A stretch of DNA of 64,000 nucleotides, from NCBI GenBank assembly GCA_002310415.1, contig DBYN01000001.1, positions 4,332 through 68,331 on the forward strand. The letters are read 5' to 3'. The first letter of the stretch is position 1. Every line of letters starts with the position of its first letter. A program made the translations under genes and the position numbers. Source of the stretch: Alphaproteobacteria bacterium UBA1185. GTDB taxonomy: Bacteria; Pseudomonadota; Alphaproteobacteria; Rs-D84. Below, piece after piece: positions 29,355 to 39,660 of this stretch. The notes below the pieces were generated by a model. The model saw only the letters and a program-made list of their open reading frames with translations. It searched no databases and was not told the origin of the DNA.

Positions 29355-29477
29355 TTACATTTTAGTAACATCAATTCCAAATTCTGCAAATTTTTTAACC
29401 AAATTGTATTTTGGCTTGTCCTCGTTAAGACGTGCAGCCTTAGCTTTTCCTTTATTAAAAGAGTCTTTCATGTCCAT
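29355..29477 (-). CDS. Possible 40-aa Lys-rich small protein
   Basis: Hand translation gives MDMKDSFNKGKAKAARLNEDKPKYNLVKKFAEFGIDVTKM. GAGGTG lies 6 nt upstream of the ATG. The ORF is below the track length cutoff and I see no homology evidence. Confidence 0.3.
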   Translation of the reverse strand: MDMKDSFNKGKAKAARLNEDKPKYNLVKKFAEFGIDVTKM

Positions 29478-29553
29478 TTTAGCACCTCTAAATAATATCG
29501 TTCGTTACTATAATACACCAAGTAATATTTTTGTCAATAACAAAATTACATTT

Positions 29554-30999
29554 CTACAAGTTTTCTTCACAATCTTCACAATCGTCAGTTTCAGAATATT
29601 CTTCAACCATAATCGGGGCCGCCTTGGCTGGTTCAGTATAATGTACCTCTTTCACAACACGAACCCGCCGATTCTCAGCATTTGGTGTATTGTTTGGTGT
29701 AGGTATTTTTAAATCCTCTTCGCCCGCTGACACAGCGATAATTTGCGAAGCAGGTATACCATATTCAATCAGCATTTTTTGAACAGCCTCTGCACGACGA
29801 CCACCAAGCGCATAATTATAAGAACTTGAACCAGCCGTATCGGTATGCCCAACCACAGAAACCTTGATATTTTTATTCGCTTGGGTTGTAGAAGCCAATT
29901 TTCTGATTAATTCTTCGTATTCAGGCTTTATTGTTGCCTTGTTAAAGTCGAATCTAATTTCAAAAACTTCTTCCATAACGTGTTGTTTTGGTTCTAATGG
30001 GATTTGTTGTACTTTGATAACCGTCTTATCGCCAGAATTACCCATTTCATCCAAACGTTTGTTTATATTTGCCAACTCGGCACGCATAGACATCATCATT
30101 TCAATAAATTCATCACGCGATACATACTCATCATCAGTATCTGCCCCGCCATTATTAGTAGCATTTTCTTCACCACCATAAATATTCTGGTTAAATACAA
30201 ACGGTTGCTGGGTTGGTTGCGGTACAGCGACAGGAACCGGCTGCTGTTGATTATGAACATTAACAGATACAGGAACCGGTTGCACCAAATTAGATGGGAT
30301 ATTAACATTATTCACAATTATCACACCATCACGTGTCCGCGTTTCTCCAGCCATAGCATTCAAACGACGGGTTTCCGGATAATATTTTTCAACTTCTGTG
30401 CTTTGCTCAACATTTTCAACGACTTGTTCAACTTCTTTGGTTGCAGCAACCATTTTACCATCTCTGCAATCTTTTATTGCCTGCAAAGTATCAATAAAAC
30501 GTTGTCTGCATTCGCGCGCAGTAGATTGTTGTCCACTGGCTGCGGCAGACAACCAACAATCAAATTTTGCCTGGGCCTCTGCCGACAATTTTGGTTGTGC
30601 ATCCACAGCATCATTTTTAAATTCGTTCAGCAAATCGTTATAAGCAGTATAAATTTCAAACCTTTCATTATCATCAGTTATATTCCAATTATCCAAAGTT
30701 TCAGGAAACGGTGTTTCACCAGAAAACGCGCTAACTGCTTTTTGAGCAAACAATTCACCAACCATCGGGTACCCACTGGTACGAGCATTATAAATCGCAT
30801 AAGACCGATAATTCATAGCCAACTGATTTAAAAAAGAATCCTGGTGTGGCGCATCATTAACATTTAAACTTTCAACATAATCAACAGTTGGTGTTTCATG
30901 TTCCACAACATCCCCCTGTTTATCAGTTGTATTAACACAACCAGCCAATACGAACACCGACAACAATGCCAACACTGACACAGAACTCTTGTTTTTCAT
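29554..30999 (-). CDS. OmpA-family peptidoglycan-binding lipoprotein
   Basis: Lipobox LSVFVLAGC. A Pro/Gln-rich linker (QQQPVPVAVPQPTQQP). C-terminal OmpA-like domain VSVVGHTDTAGSSSYNYALGGRRAEAV..NRRVRV. Confidence 0.85.
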   Translation of the reverse strand: MKNKSSVSVLALLSVFVLAGCVNTTDKQGDVVEHETPTVDYVESLNVNDAPHQDSFLNQLAMNYRSYAIYNARTSGYPMVGELFAQKAVSAFSGETPFPETLDNWNITDDNERFEIYTAYNDLLNEFKNDAVDAQPKLSAEAQAKFDCWLSAAASGQQSTARECRQRFIDTLQAIKDCRDGKMVAATKEVEQVVENVEQSTEVEKYYPETRRLNAMAGETRTRDGVIIVNNVNIPSNLVQPVPVSVNVHNQQQPVPVAVPQPTQQPFVFNQNIYGGEENATNNGGADTDDEYVSRDEFIEMMMSMRAELANINKRLDEMGNSGDKTVIKVQQIPLEPKQHVMEEVFEIRFDFNKATIKPEYEELIRKLASTTQANKNIKVSVVGHTDTAGSSSYNYALGGRRAEAVQKMLIEYGIPASQIIAVSAGEEDLKIPTPNNTPNAENRRVRVVKEVHYTEPAKAAPIMVEEYSETDDCEDCEENL

Positions 31000-31083
31000 A
31001 CCAGATTCCTTTCCTTATTAAATCTATGATGATTATATACTTTTTTCATCATTTAGTAAAGCAAAAAAACACAACCAACATAT

Positions 31084-31908
31084 TTATTTATTGAATGATT
31101 GTAAAGCCTGGCCACCAAACGAAGACAACACCGTTGAAATTCCACCAGCGCCACTGGTCGCACCCAGCGATTGAGCCATACCAACAACATCAGACACACC
31201 CGCAGCCCCGGTTGAACTGCCCACGCTACTGATTGTACCAACCAAGAAATTTCCCCACAATTCACGTTTCTTTTTACTGATAGTATCCGGCGCACATCTT
31301 TCTGCTTTTTCTAACAAACCACGCACTTTTGACAACTCTGATTCCGTATAATCTTCGGGACCAAACGGTATCTTGCCCAATACTATATATATATTTGAAA
31401 TATCTTTTTTATTATCCAGTTTTCCACTACTTGCCTTTGGATATCCAGCCCAGATATAATATTGATCCGGTCCTTTATTGTCTTTAAATTTCTCATAACA
31501 ACCGTCTTTGTCGGCATCAGCCATACAATTTTCATAACTACTATAATCACCATCTTCAACATTTTGACCACCAACGCTGTCGCGTGCACCAGCGGCACTG
31601 GTATCACCAATCTTTGCCCATTCTTTGACCAAATTATTAACTACTTCCTTATCACTAGATGATGGAGCACATCCAGCACTTAATTCATGTTGGTCTTTTT
31701 TTAATTTCTGAATACCTTGGACCAATCCCATAACACTGCCCAGTACACCAGTCGCACTTTGCAATCCGCCCGCCAAGCCACCAGACGATTCACTGGCAAC
31801 AGGTGCAGCCTTCTTAACAGCCGATTGTTTTTGAACAACAATCGCACCCAACGACACAGATGGTGCCAAAATACATAAACTAATAAAGACAGACAGTAAT
31901 CTTTTCAT
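31084..31908 (-). CDS. Secreted Gly/Ser-rich protein with glycine-zipper-like ends, unknown family (P6)
   Basis: Signal peptide MKRLLSVFISLCILAPSVSLGA. N-terminal GGLAGGLQSATGVLGSVMGLVQG and C-terminal GTISSVGSSTGAAGVSDVVGMAQSLGATSGAGG segments flank a central region with four Cys. Confidence 0.65.
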   Translation of the reverse strand: MKRLLSVFISLCILAPSVSLGAIVVQKQSAVKKAAPVASESSGGLAGGLQSATGVLGSVMGLVQGIQKLKKDQHELSAGCAPSSSDKEVVNNLVKEWAKIGDTSAAGARDSVGGQNVEDGDYSSYENCMADADKDGCYEKFKDNKGPDQYYIWAGYPKASSGKLDNKKDISNIYIVLGKIPFGPEDYTESELSKVRGLLEKAERCAPDTISKKKRELWGNFLVGTISSVGSSTGAAGVSDVVGMAQSLGATSGAGGISTVLSSFGGQALQSFNK

Positions 31909-31995
31909 TCTCTCTTGGATACCATTATATCACAAAAAAAATATTATAGAAATATAAAAATTGCATTTTTATTTACAAAATATTAAACTGAAAGC

Positions 31996-32471
31996 ATGAA
32001 ACAAAATCAGCGTAACCTTATAATAATATCAAAACACAAACGATTAACCAGATTGTGGCAGTTTTTCTTTACTGGTTGGGGATTGGTTATGCTGGCTGTT
32101 TTGGTTGCGGCATCTTTGTTTACCAAGCAGATTTTATGGACCCCTATAACTGCGATAAATATGAAAGATGTTGTTCATAATCAATTCAAGATGACAAACG
32201 CAACATTTGTTGGTACAGATAAAGACAATAATCCTTTTAAAATAAAAGCCGTATCTGGCAACCAAGAATATGATAAACCAGATATTGTTTTTTTAGAAAA
32301 GCCATCTGGAACAGTTGTTCGCAACACCCCAACTGGCAAAGTAACAGATAACATCTCTGCAATGCGCGGGCAGTTTAACCACAAAGAAAAAACACTGAAA
32401 TTAAACGGTAAAGTGCGTGTAAATTCAAGTAATGGTGATAAAATATTAACAGACGAAATGGTGATAAAATT

Positions 32472-32475
<4 letters not shown>
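31996..32475 (+). CDS. lptC: LPS export system protein LptC-like
   Basis: N-terminal TM anchor followed by a beta-jellyroll-like sequence (NPFKIKAVSGNQEY..VFLEKPSGTV..LKLNGKVRV). Its stop overlaps the lptB start (ATGA). Confidence 0.55.
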
Positions 32476-34509
<2,034 letters not shown>

Positions 34510-34515
34510 TGTATT

Positions 34516-34728
34516 GTGAAAATGATATACGGTATAAACATATTGGTGCTTGTTAAATATGCTGCGATTATATTTATTTTCGTATGCATTATATTTGCGC
34601 CCGTTTATATCGCATGTGCAAACAACCGTTCGGCTTATGATTTAATGCGAACAAGAATGGGTAGTTGGATGTTCGGCTGGTCAATCATCGGCTGGCTTTT
34701 TGCATTATTTGTATCGTCAAAAAAATAA
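34516..34728 (+). CDS. Small two-TM membrane protein, superinfection-immunity (Imm)-like motif
   Basis: 70 aa. FAPVYIACANNR...GWSIIGWLFALFVS resembles the F-x-P-x-x-I-A...GW-x-x-IGW-x-x-AL pattern of the Imm superinfection-exclusion family. Start (GTG 34516 or ATG 34522) uncertain. Confidence 0.45.
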   Translation: MKMIYGINILVLVKYAAIIFIFVCIIFAPVYIACANNRSAYDLMRTRMGSWMFGWSIIGWLFALFVSSKK

Positions 34729-34758
34729 AAAAATGTCCCGTCAAAAGGGACATTTTTA
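34727..34758. terminator. Bidirectional rho-independent terminator
   Basis: ATGTCCC-GTCAAAA-GGGACAT is flanked by an A run upstream and a T run downstream. It sits between convergent genes. Confidence 0.7.
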
Positions 34759-34768
34759 TAAGAAGTAT

Positions 34769-35122
34769 TTATTTTGTATATGGATACATATAATCCCTGA
34801 TTAATTTAGCATTCATTTGTACAGGATTTACAGGTTCATAAACCATCAAACTAGACAATTTACTGTTGTTTTGTTCATCCTTTATTTTTATATCAAAATC
34901 CATTTTACACAAAATCGCTTTAATACCAGAAACGTCTGAATTTATACATTCAACGGTTTTAACTTCACGAAAATCTACAACGCCATTTAATCCTGTAACA
35001 TTTTCTAAAACCAGCCACTTTACACCTTTGACACCAGTCATTTTAGATACATCAGCACCAGCAATTCTTGCCCAATCTATTCCTTTGTAATCTACCATTC
35101 CAACATAAGTTTTCTTTATCAT
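34769..35122 (-). CDS. Hypothetical protein
   Basis: 117-aa ORF downstream of the PcfJ-like gene on the same strand. No motif recognised. Confidence 0.5.
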   Translation of the reverse strand: MIKKTYVGMVDYKGIDWARIAGADVSKMTGVKGVKWLVLENVTGLNGVVDFREVKTVECINSDVSGIKAILCKMDFDIKIKDEQNNSKLSSLMVYEPVNPVQMNAKLIRDYMYPYTK

Positions 35123-35223
35123 TTATTACCCTTTATTGTTTTTTTATTTATGCACAACGACCGTCATTGTAGACATACATTCCCAGAAAATCAAGGCTAA
35201 AACATTTGAACACTATACTACAT

Positions 35224-36906
35224 TTACATCTTTTCATTATCAGAACGATTGTGTCCTTGCAATACATTATTTTTTAATTTTTCACTTGCTGTGCTTATTT
35301 TATCTTTTATTGCCAAAACCGCATTTTTAAACACATCTAATGTTGAAATTTCACCGAATATTTTTATTTTACTTGCATTTGTACCACCGTTTTTTCTATA
35401 TATGTAAGCATTATCATATTCCCAACCATATTCTGTTACTTTGGTCTGTGGTCCAATAATTATATTATCTTTGACCCATACGTTTTTTTCAAAAACAATA
35501 TCTTTTACATCACTAAAATCATAGTTACCCACCATCAATACGTTTTGCAAACCTATCTTTGTTGCATGCGGGTTAATTTTAAATTGTTTGCTATCAACCG
35601 TAAGTAAACCCCAATCATCTTCATATAAATATAACGCATCTACATTATTGAAATCGTATTCCGGGTCAGGAAATTTACATTTGTACAAAACAAGTTCTTT
35701 GACATCCATACCTTTGAAATCTATTGCTTGTACAGATTCATTTCGTGCCCACAATTCATGTATTGATTTTATTTTTTTTATATCTATTCCCCGGGTAAAC
35801 AGTAGATTATATGGAACACTTTTCAATTCTACATCTTGCGGTAAATCAAACATATCAACAACACCACCATGTACATCTTCAACAAAGCCTATGTTTTCTG
35901 TATCAACTATTAGACGTTTATTATCTGGATTTTCCTTTGGATAGCGATAAGCCTGTCTGAAAGTACCATCTTCGTTCCTTTCCACCAAGTCTTTATTAGT
36001 AATTCTTGCACGTTCTTCCGCTGTAAACTCATTTGGGAAAGCACAGTTTAAATAATTTTTTAAAAATTCACGAACTTGTTTGATATATTTACCATTTACC
36101 GGTCCATTGGCTTTACCTTTAATCTGATGCACAACATTTCTTCTGACCTCTATTGTGGCATGAGAACCATTACTGTTACGTACAGAGTATATTTGTGATG
36201 CACCTTTTTTGACACCTTCATCATATACACCATCTCCAATACACACCCCCATTGCATTACCCTCGTAATCCAATGCTTCTGGTGTTATTAATTGAAAAAC
36301 AGATAACCCATTGCCCAAATCCATTACAAATTTTGTACCAGTATCTGCTTTTTCTTTTTGTTCCAGGGTCATGGCATTTTTTGCATTATTTGACAATTCA
36401 TTGTGCCAATCACGAGCCTGTTGAACAACATTGTCAATAGTCTGGTATTTAGCATTTTTCTTTAAATAATCATATTCTATACGTAATTGTTTTTTACCAT
36501 TTGATAATTCGACATCTTTTAATTCTTTTTTAATATAATCCACCGCCACAGAATATAAATAATCACGAATTTCCAATAATTCATTACGAAATTCATTTGG
36601 AACTTTGCCAGCATCAAATTCATAAATATCTTCACCACGTGCAAAAGTAGTTTTGGTCCATTCTGGTAAACCAGAACGCGTTTTGTCCACTTTTACAAAA
36701 CATGGTAATTCTGTGCGCGAAATACTGTAATCACGCACTCTGCGTTTAACATATTGAAATAAGATATTACGAGCAATTGCATCTATATTTTCACGTGCTA
36801 TTTCAACGTTTTCAACCCGGATAATCGTTGGGGCGCCACCATCATAAACCAAATCTTGCAAATATCTGTTTAATGATTTTTCTTCCAAAAGATTTATTAC
36901 AGCCAT
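35224..36906 (-). CDS. PcfJ-like domain protein with repeat-containing C-terminal half
   Basis: 560 aa. EGNAMGVCIGDGVYDEGVKKGASQIYSVRNSNGSHATIEVRRNVVHQIKGKANG resembles the conserved core of PcfJ-like proteins of conjugative elements (E..M.hC.g..Y...g...iySlR...g.p..TiE.....i.Q.kG..N). Assigned from memory of the family, not from a search. Confidence 0.5.
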   Translation of the reverse strand: MAVINLLEEKSLNRYLQDLVYDGGAPTIIRVENVEIARENIDAIARNILFQYVKRRVRDYSISRTELPCFVKVDKTRSGLPEWTKTTFARGEDIYEFDAGKVPNEFRNELLEIRDYLYSVAVDYIKKELKDVELSNGKKQLRIEYDYLKKNAKYQTIDNVVQQARDWHNELSNNAKNAMTLEQKEKADTGTKFVMDLGNGLSVFQLITPEALDYEGNAMGVCIGDGVYDEGVKKGASQIYSVRNSNGSHATIEVRRNVVHQIKGKANGPVNGKYIKQVREFLKNYLNCAFPNEFTAEERARITNKDLVERNEDGTFRQAYRYPKENPDNKRLIVDTENIGFVEDVHGGVVDMFDLPQDVELKSVPYNLLFTRGIDIKKIKSIHELWARNESVQAIDFKGMDVKELVLYKCKFPDPEYDFNNVDALYLYEDDWGLLTVDSKQFKINPHATKIGLQNVLMVGNYDFSDVKDIVFEKNVWVKDNIIIGPQTKVTEYGWEYDNAYIYRKNGGTNASKIKIFGEISTLDVFKNAVLAIKDKISTASEKLKNNVLQGHNRSDNEKM

Positions 36907-36932
36907 GCAAGCCCCCTTTCCTTTGTACGATT

Positions 36933-38234
36933 TTACAATCGCATAATTTGGGTTGGATTTTCTTTTAAAGAATTTATAGTATTATCCAATTGCTGTTTAT
37001 ATTCCATAAATGTCTTTTTGTTTGCTGCATCCAAATTATTTATCGCCGGCAATTTAACAGTCATCGGATTTACATGCTGACCATTTTTAATAATTTCATA
37101 ATGCAAATGTGGTCCTGTTGATAATCCAGTTGAACCAGAATATCCGATTATTTGCCCCTGACGAACAACCGTACCAACATTGACACCTTTGGCAAAACGC
37201 GACATATGTGCATATAATGTTTCGAATGTTCCATTATGTCGTATTTTCACAAAATTACCATGTCCACGATTAAAACTGCGTGCAACTACGCGCCCTGCCC
37301 CAGCTGCTGGAATTGGAGTTCCCGTTGGTGCGCGGAAATCGACACCTTTGTGCGCGCGGGTAAAACCCAGCACTGGGTGTTTTCTGCGACCAGAAAAACT
37401 GGACGTAATTTTTGCATTATTTATCGGTGTACGTTTCAAAGATTTAATTGCGCCATTTCCGTGTTCATCATAATAACCAACTCCACCATCTGATTTTACA
37501 AAACGATACATTTGAACATTACCACGCAATGCTTCAAAAGAAACTGCTAAAACATGCCCTGTATCCACCATTTTTTCAGATGCATAATTTTCTTCATACA
37601 AAACATAGAAATGCTGACCCGCCCGAACATCACGTTCAAAGTCCATTTCAAAAGCCAATAAATCATAAACGTCTGCCAATATTCCCGCAGGTATTCCCGC
37701 ACGCATACCAGCCAAATAAAAACTGTCCCCGTCCAAAATTTCACCTGTTTTATAAGTGACACGAGTATCCCGCTGGATATCAATTTTTTGACATTCCCAA
37801 GTCCCCGTTTCACCACAACTTAATTCCATCTGACGCCACGGACCATTTTTAATCACAATTTTTGAAATCGGCTGATTTTCATCTTTCTGCACAAATTCAA
37901 ATTTATCGCGTCCTGGTCGCAAAGTTACAAAATCCGCATCTTTTTTTAATGTCTTGGAAATTGTATCTATATCCCGCATAGAAAAACCTTTGCCCCCCAA
38001 GATTTTAGACAAAGTATCACCAGATTTAACCTCTACCACCGTCTTGACCTCAGGAGGTATAAAAACAGCATCTCTGACAGGTTTATAAAACAATACCACA
38101 CCCAAAGCCACAAGAACCATCAAACCAGCGCACCATAAAATAATGCGAGATAGAACTTTTACATCACCAACTTTCTTACAAGATTTTGTCAAACCGACAG
38201 TCATCTTTCTTATAATATATTTTGCTTTTTTCAT
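36933..38234 (-). CDS. M23 family metallopeptidase (murein DD-endopeptidase-like)
   Basis: Start set at MKKAKYIIRK, with an N-terminal TM anchor. HKGVDFRAPTGTPI, GHGNFVKIRH and GSTGLSTGPHLHYEI are M23 zinc-site motifs. Confidence 0.85.
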   Translation of the reverse strand: MKKAKYIIRKMTVGLTKSCKKVGDVKVLSRIILWCAGLMVLVALGVVLFYKPVRDAVFIPPEVKTVVEVKSGDTLSKILGGKGFSMRDIDTISKTLKKDADFVTLRPGRDKFEFVQKDENQPISKIVIKNGPWRQMELSCGETGTWECQKIDIQRDTRVTYKTGEILDGDSFYLAGMRAGIPAGILADVYDLLAFEMDFERDVRAGQHFYVLYEENYASEKMVDTGHVLAVSFEALRGNVQMYRFVKSDGGVGYYDEHGNGAIKSLKRTPINNAKITSSFSGRRKHPVLGFTRAHKGVDFRAPTGTPIPAAGAGRVVARSFNRGHGNFVKIRHNGTFETLYAHMSRFAKGVNVGTVVRQGQIIGYSGSTGLSTGPHLHYEIIKNGQHVNPMTVKLPAINNLDAANKKTFMEYKQQLDNTINSLKENPTQIMRL

Positions 38235-38255
38235 AGGGGCTATTATAATAAAAAT

Positions 38256-39023
38256 ATGAATATAAATCAAGCATTCACAATTTTACAAAAATCTGGTGGG
38301 GTTCGCGCCGCACGTATAATTACTGAAAAGTATAAAAAAATGTCTTTTTTCAGAGTGATACATTATGCACATAAATTGCGTCGCGGTATGCCAGTTGCAA
38401 AAATTATTCATTCAAAATGGTTTTACGGACTGGAATTTTATACCAACAAACACACATTGGACCCACGACCAGATACAGAAACATTGGTATCCGCGGTTAT
38501 AAATGATTGTCGCGAAACCAAAGAACGTAAAATATTAGATATGGGAACTGGGACGGGTTGTATAATATGCGCACTTTGTAAAAATATTAATGGACTTTCT
38601 GGAATTGCGATTGATAAATCAAGACCTGCCCTGCACATCGCAAAAAGAAATATCAAACAATTATCTTTACGTGATAAAATAAAAGCCATACATGCTGATT
38701 TTGGCACATTTAAATCAACAGAAAAATTCGACATAATTGTTTCTAATCCACCATATATAAAATACGGTGATACACGAGTTAACAGGGGTGCACAACACGA
38801 TCCAAAAATTGCACTATATGCCAAAAATGATGGTTTATACGCTTATGAACAAATTGCAAAAAACGCACCAAATTTATTAAAACAAGATGGCAAAATATAT
38901 CTGGAAATTGGTATAGGTATGGCAAATCAGGTTATAAAAATATTCAATTATTTTGGCTGGAAGTTTGAGAGAACAGAAAAAGATTTAGCAGGCCTTAATC
39001 GTGTATTGGTTTTTATGCTTTGA
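38256..39023 (+). CDS. prmC: Peptide chain release factor N5-glutamine methyltransferase
   Basis: RPDTE, SAM motif ILDMGTGTGCI, and catalytic IVSNPPYI (NPPY). Confidence 0.8.
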   Translation: MNINQAFTILQKSGGVRAARIITEKYKKMSFFRVIHYAHKLRRGMPVAKIIHSKWFYGLEFYTNKHTLDPRPDTETLVSAVINDCRETKERKILDMGTGTGCIICALCKNINGLSGIAIDKSRPALHIAKRNIKQLSLRDKIKAIHADFGTFKSTEKFDIIVSNPPYIKYGDTRVNRGAQHDPKIALYAKNDGLYAYEQIAKNAPNLLKQDGKIYLEIGIGMANQVIKIFNYFGWKFERTEKDLAGLNRVLVFML

Positions 39024-39660
39024 AAAATTTATTGCGTTTCTTTAACCAATCAATTGATGTTTCCATACCATGTCCATGAATAACCCATGTTCCATTTGGC
39101 AAATCTTTTTTGTATAATTTGCCAATAGATTCAAATAATTGTTTTTCATCGCCACCCGGAAAAGCGGTATTACCATAACTTTCTTGGAATAAAGTATCAC
39201 CAACCAGTAAAATGTTATATTTTGGAAAATAAAACATTAAACCACCAGGTGTATGACCCGGGCTTTCCATTACTTCCATATCCATACCAGGCAAAATTTC
39301 AATTGTCCCAAATGGTATATTTTTTGGTTTTTTATAATCTGGTGCAATTTGTGGAATATTAAACATATCTAATAGTCCATTTCCCCAACCAATTAAAAAA
39401 TTATCTTTTTCATTTAAAAACCAATCAACATTAAATTCGCGTGACAATGCCGGAGCGGCGGCTATATGGTCAGGATGTCCATGTGTCGCATATATCGCAC
39501 GTAATTTTAACCCACGTTCCGATAAAACATTTTCCCAATCAAATGCCCGACCCCACGCATCAAAAATCACAGCATCATCACCAACAGATACCAACACAGA
39601 AACGGTATTTTCAGGTGGCATACGCAAAAGTTCAAATTTTACAGCATTATTTTTTGGCAT
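39013..39660 (-). CDS. MBL-fold metallo-hydrolase
   Basis: Start set at MPKNNAVKF (ATG at 39658-39660), which overlaps the ftsH stop by 14 nt. ATHGHPDHIAAAP is the HxHxDH motif, and a later ESPGHTPGG is present. Confidence 0.8.
   Translation of the reverse strand: MPKNNAVKFELLRMPPENTVSVLVSVGDDAVIFDAWGRAFDWENVLSERGLKLRAIYATHGHPDHIAAAPALSREFNVDWFLNEKDNFLIGWGNGLLDMFNIPQIAPDYKKPKNIPFGTIEILPGMDMEVMESPGHTPGGLMFYFPKYNILLVGDTLFQESYGNTAFPGGDEKQLFESIGKLYKKDLPNGTWVIHGHGMETSIDWLKKRNKFFKA

Noticed and set aside
30004-30831. 275-aa plus-strand ORF antisense to the OmpA-family lipoprotein gene
   Set aside because: The sense gene has a clear lipobox and OmpA-like domain. The antisense product is Ile/Phe/Arg-rich with no motif, which is typical of shadow ORFs in AT-rich DNA.
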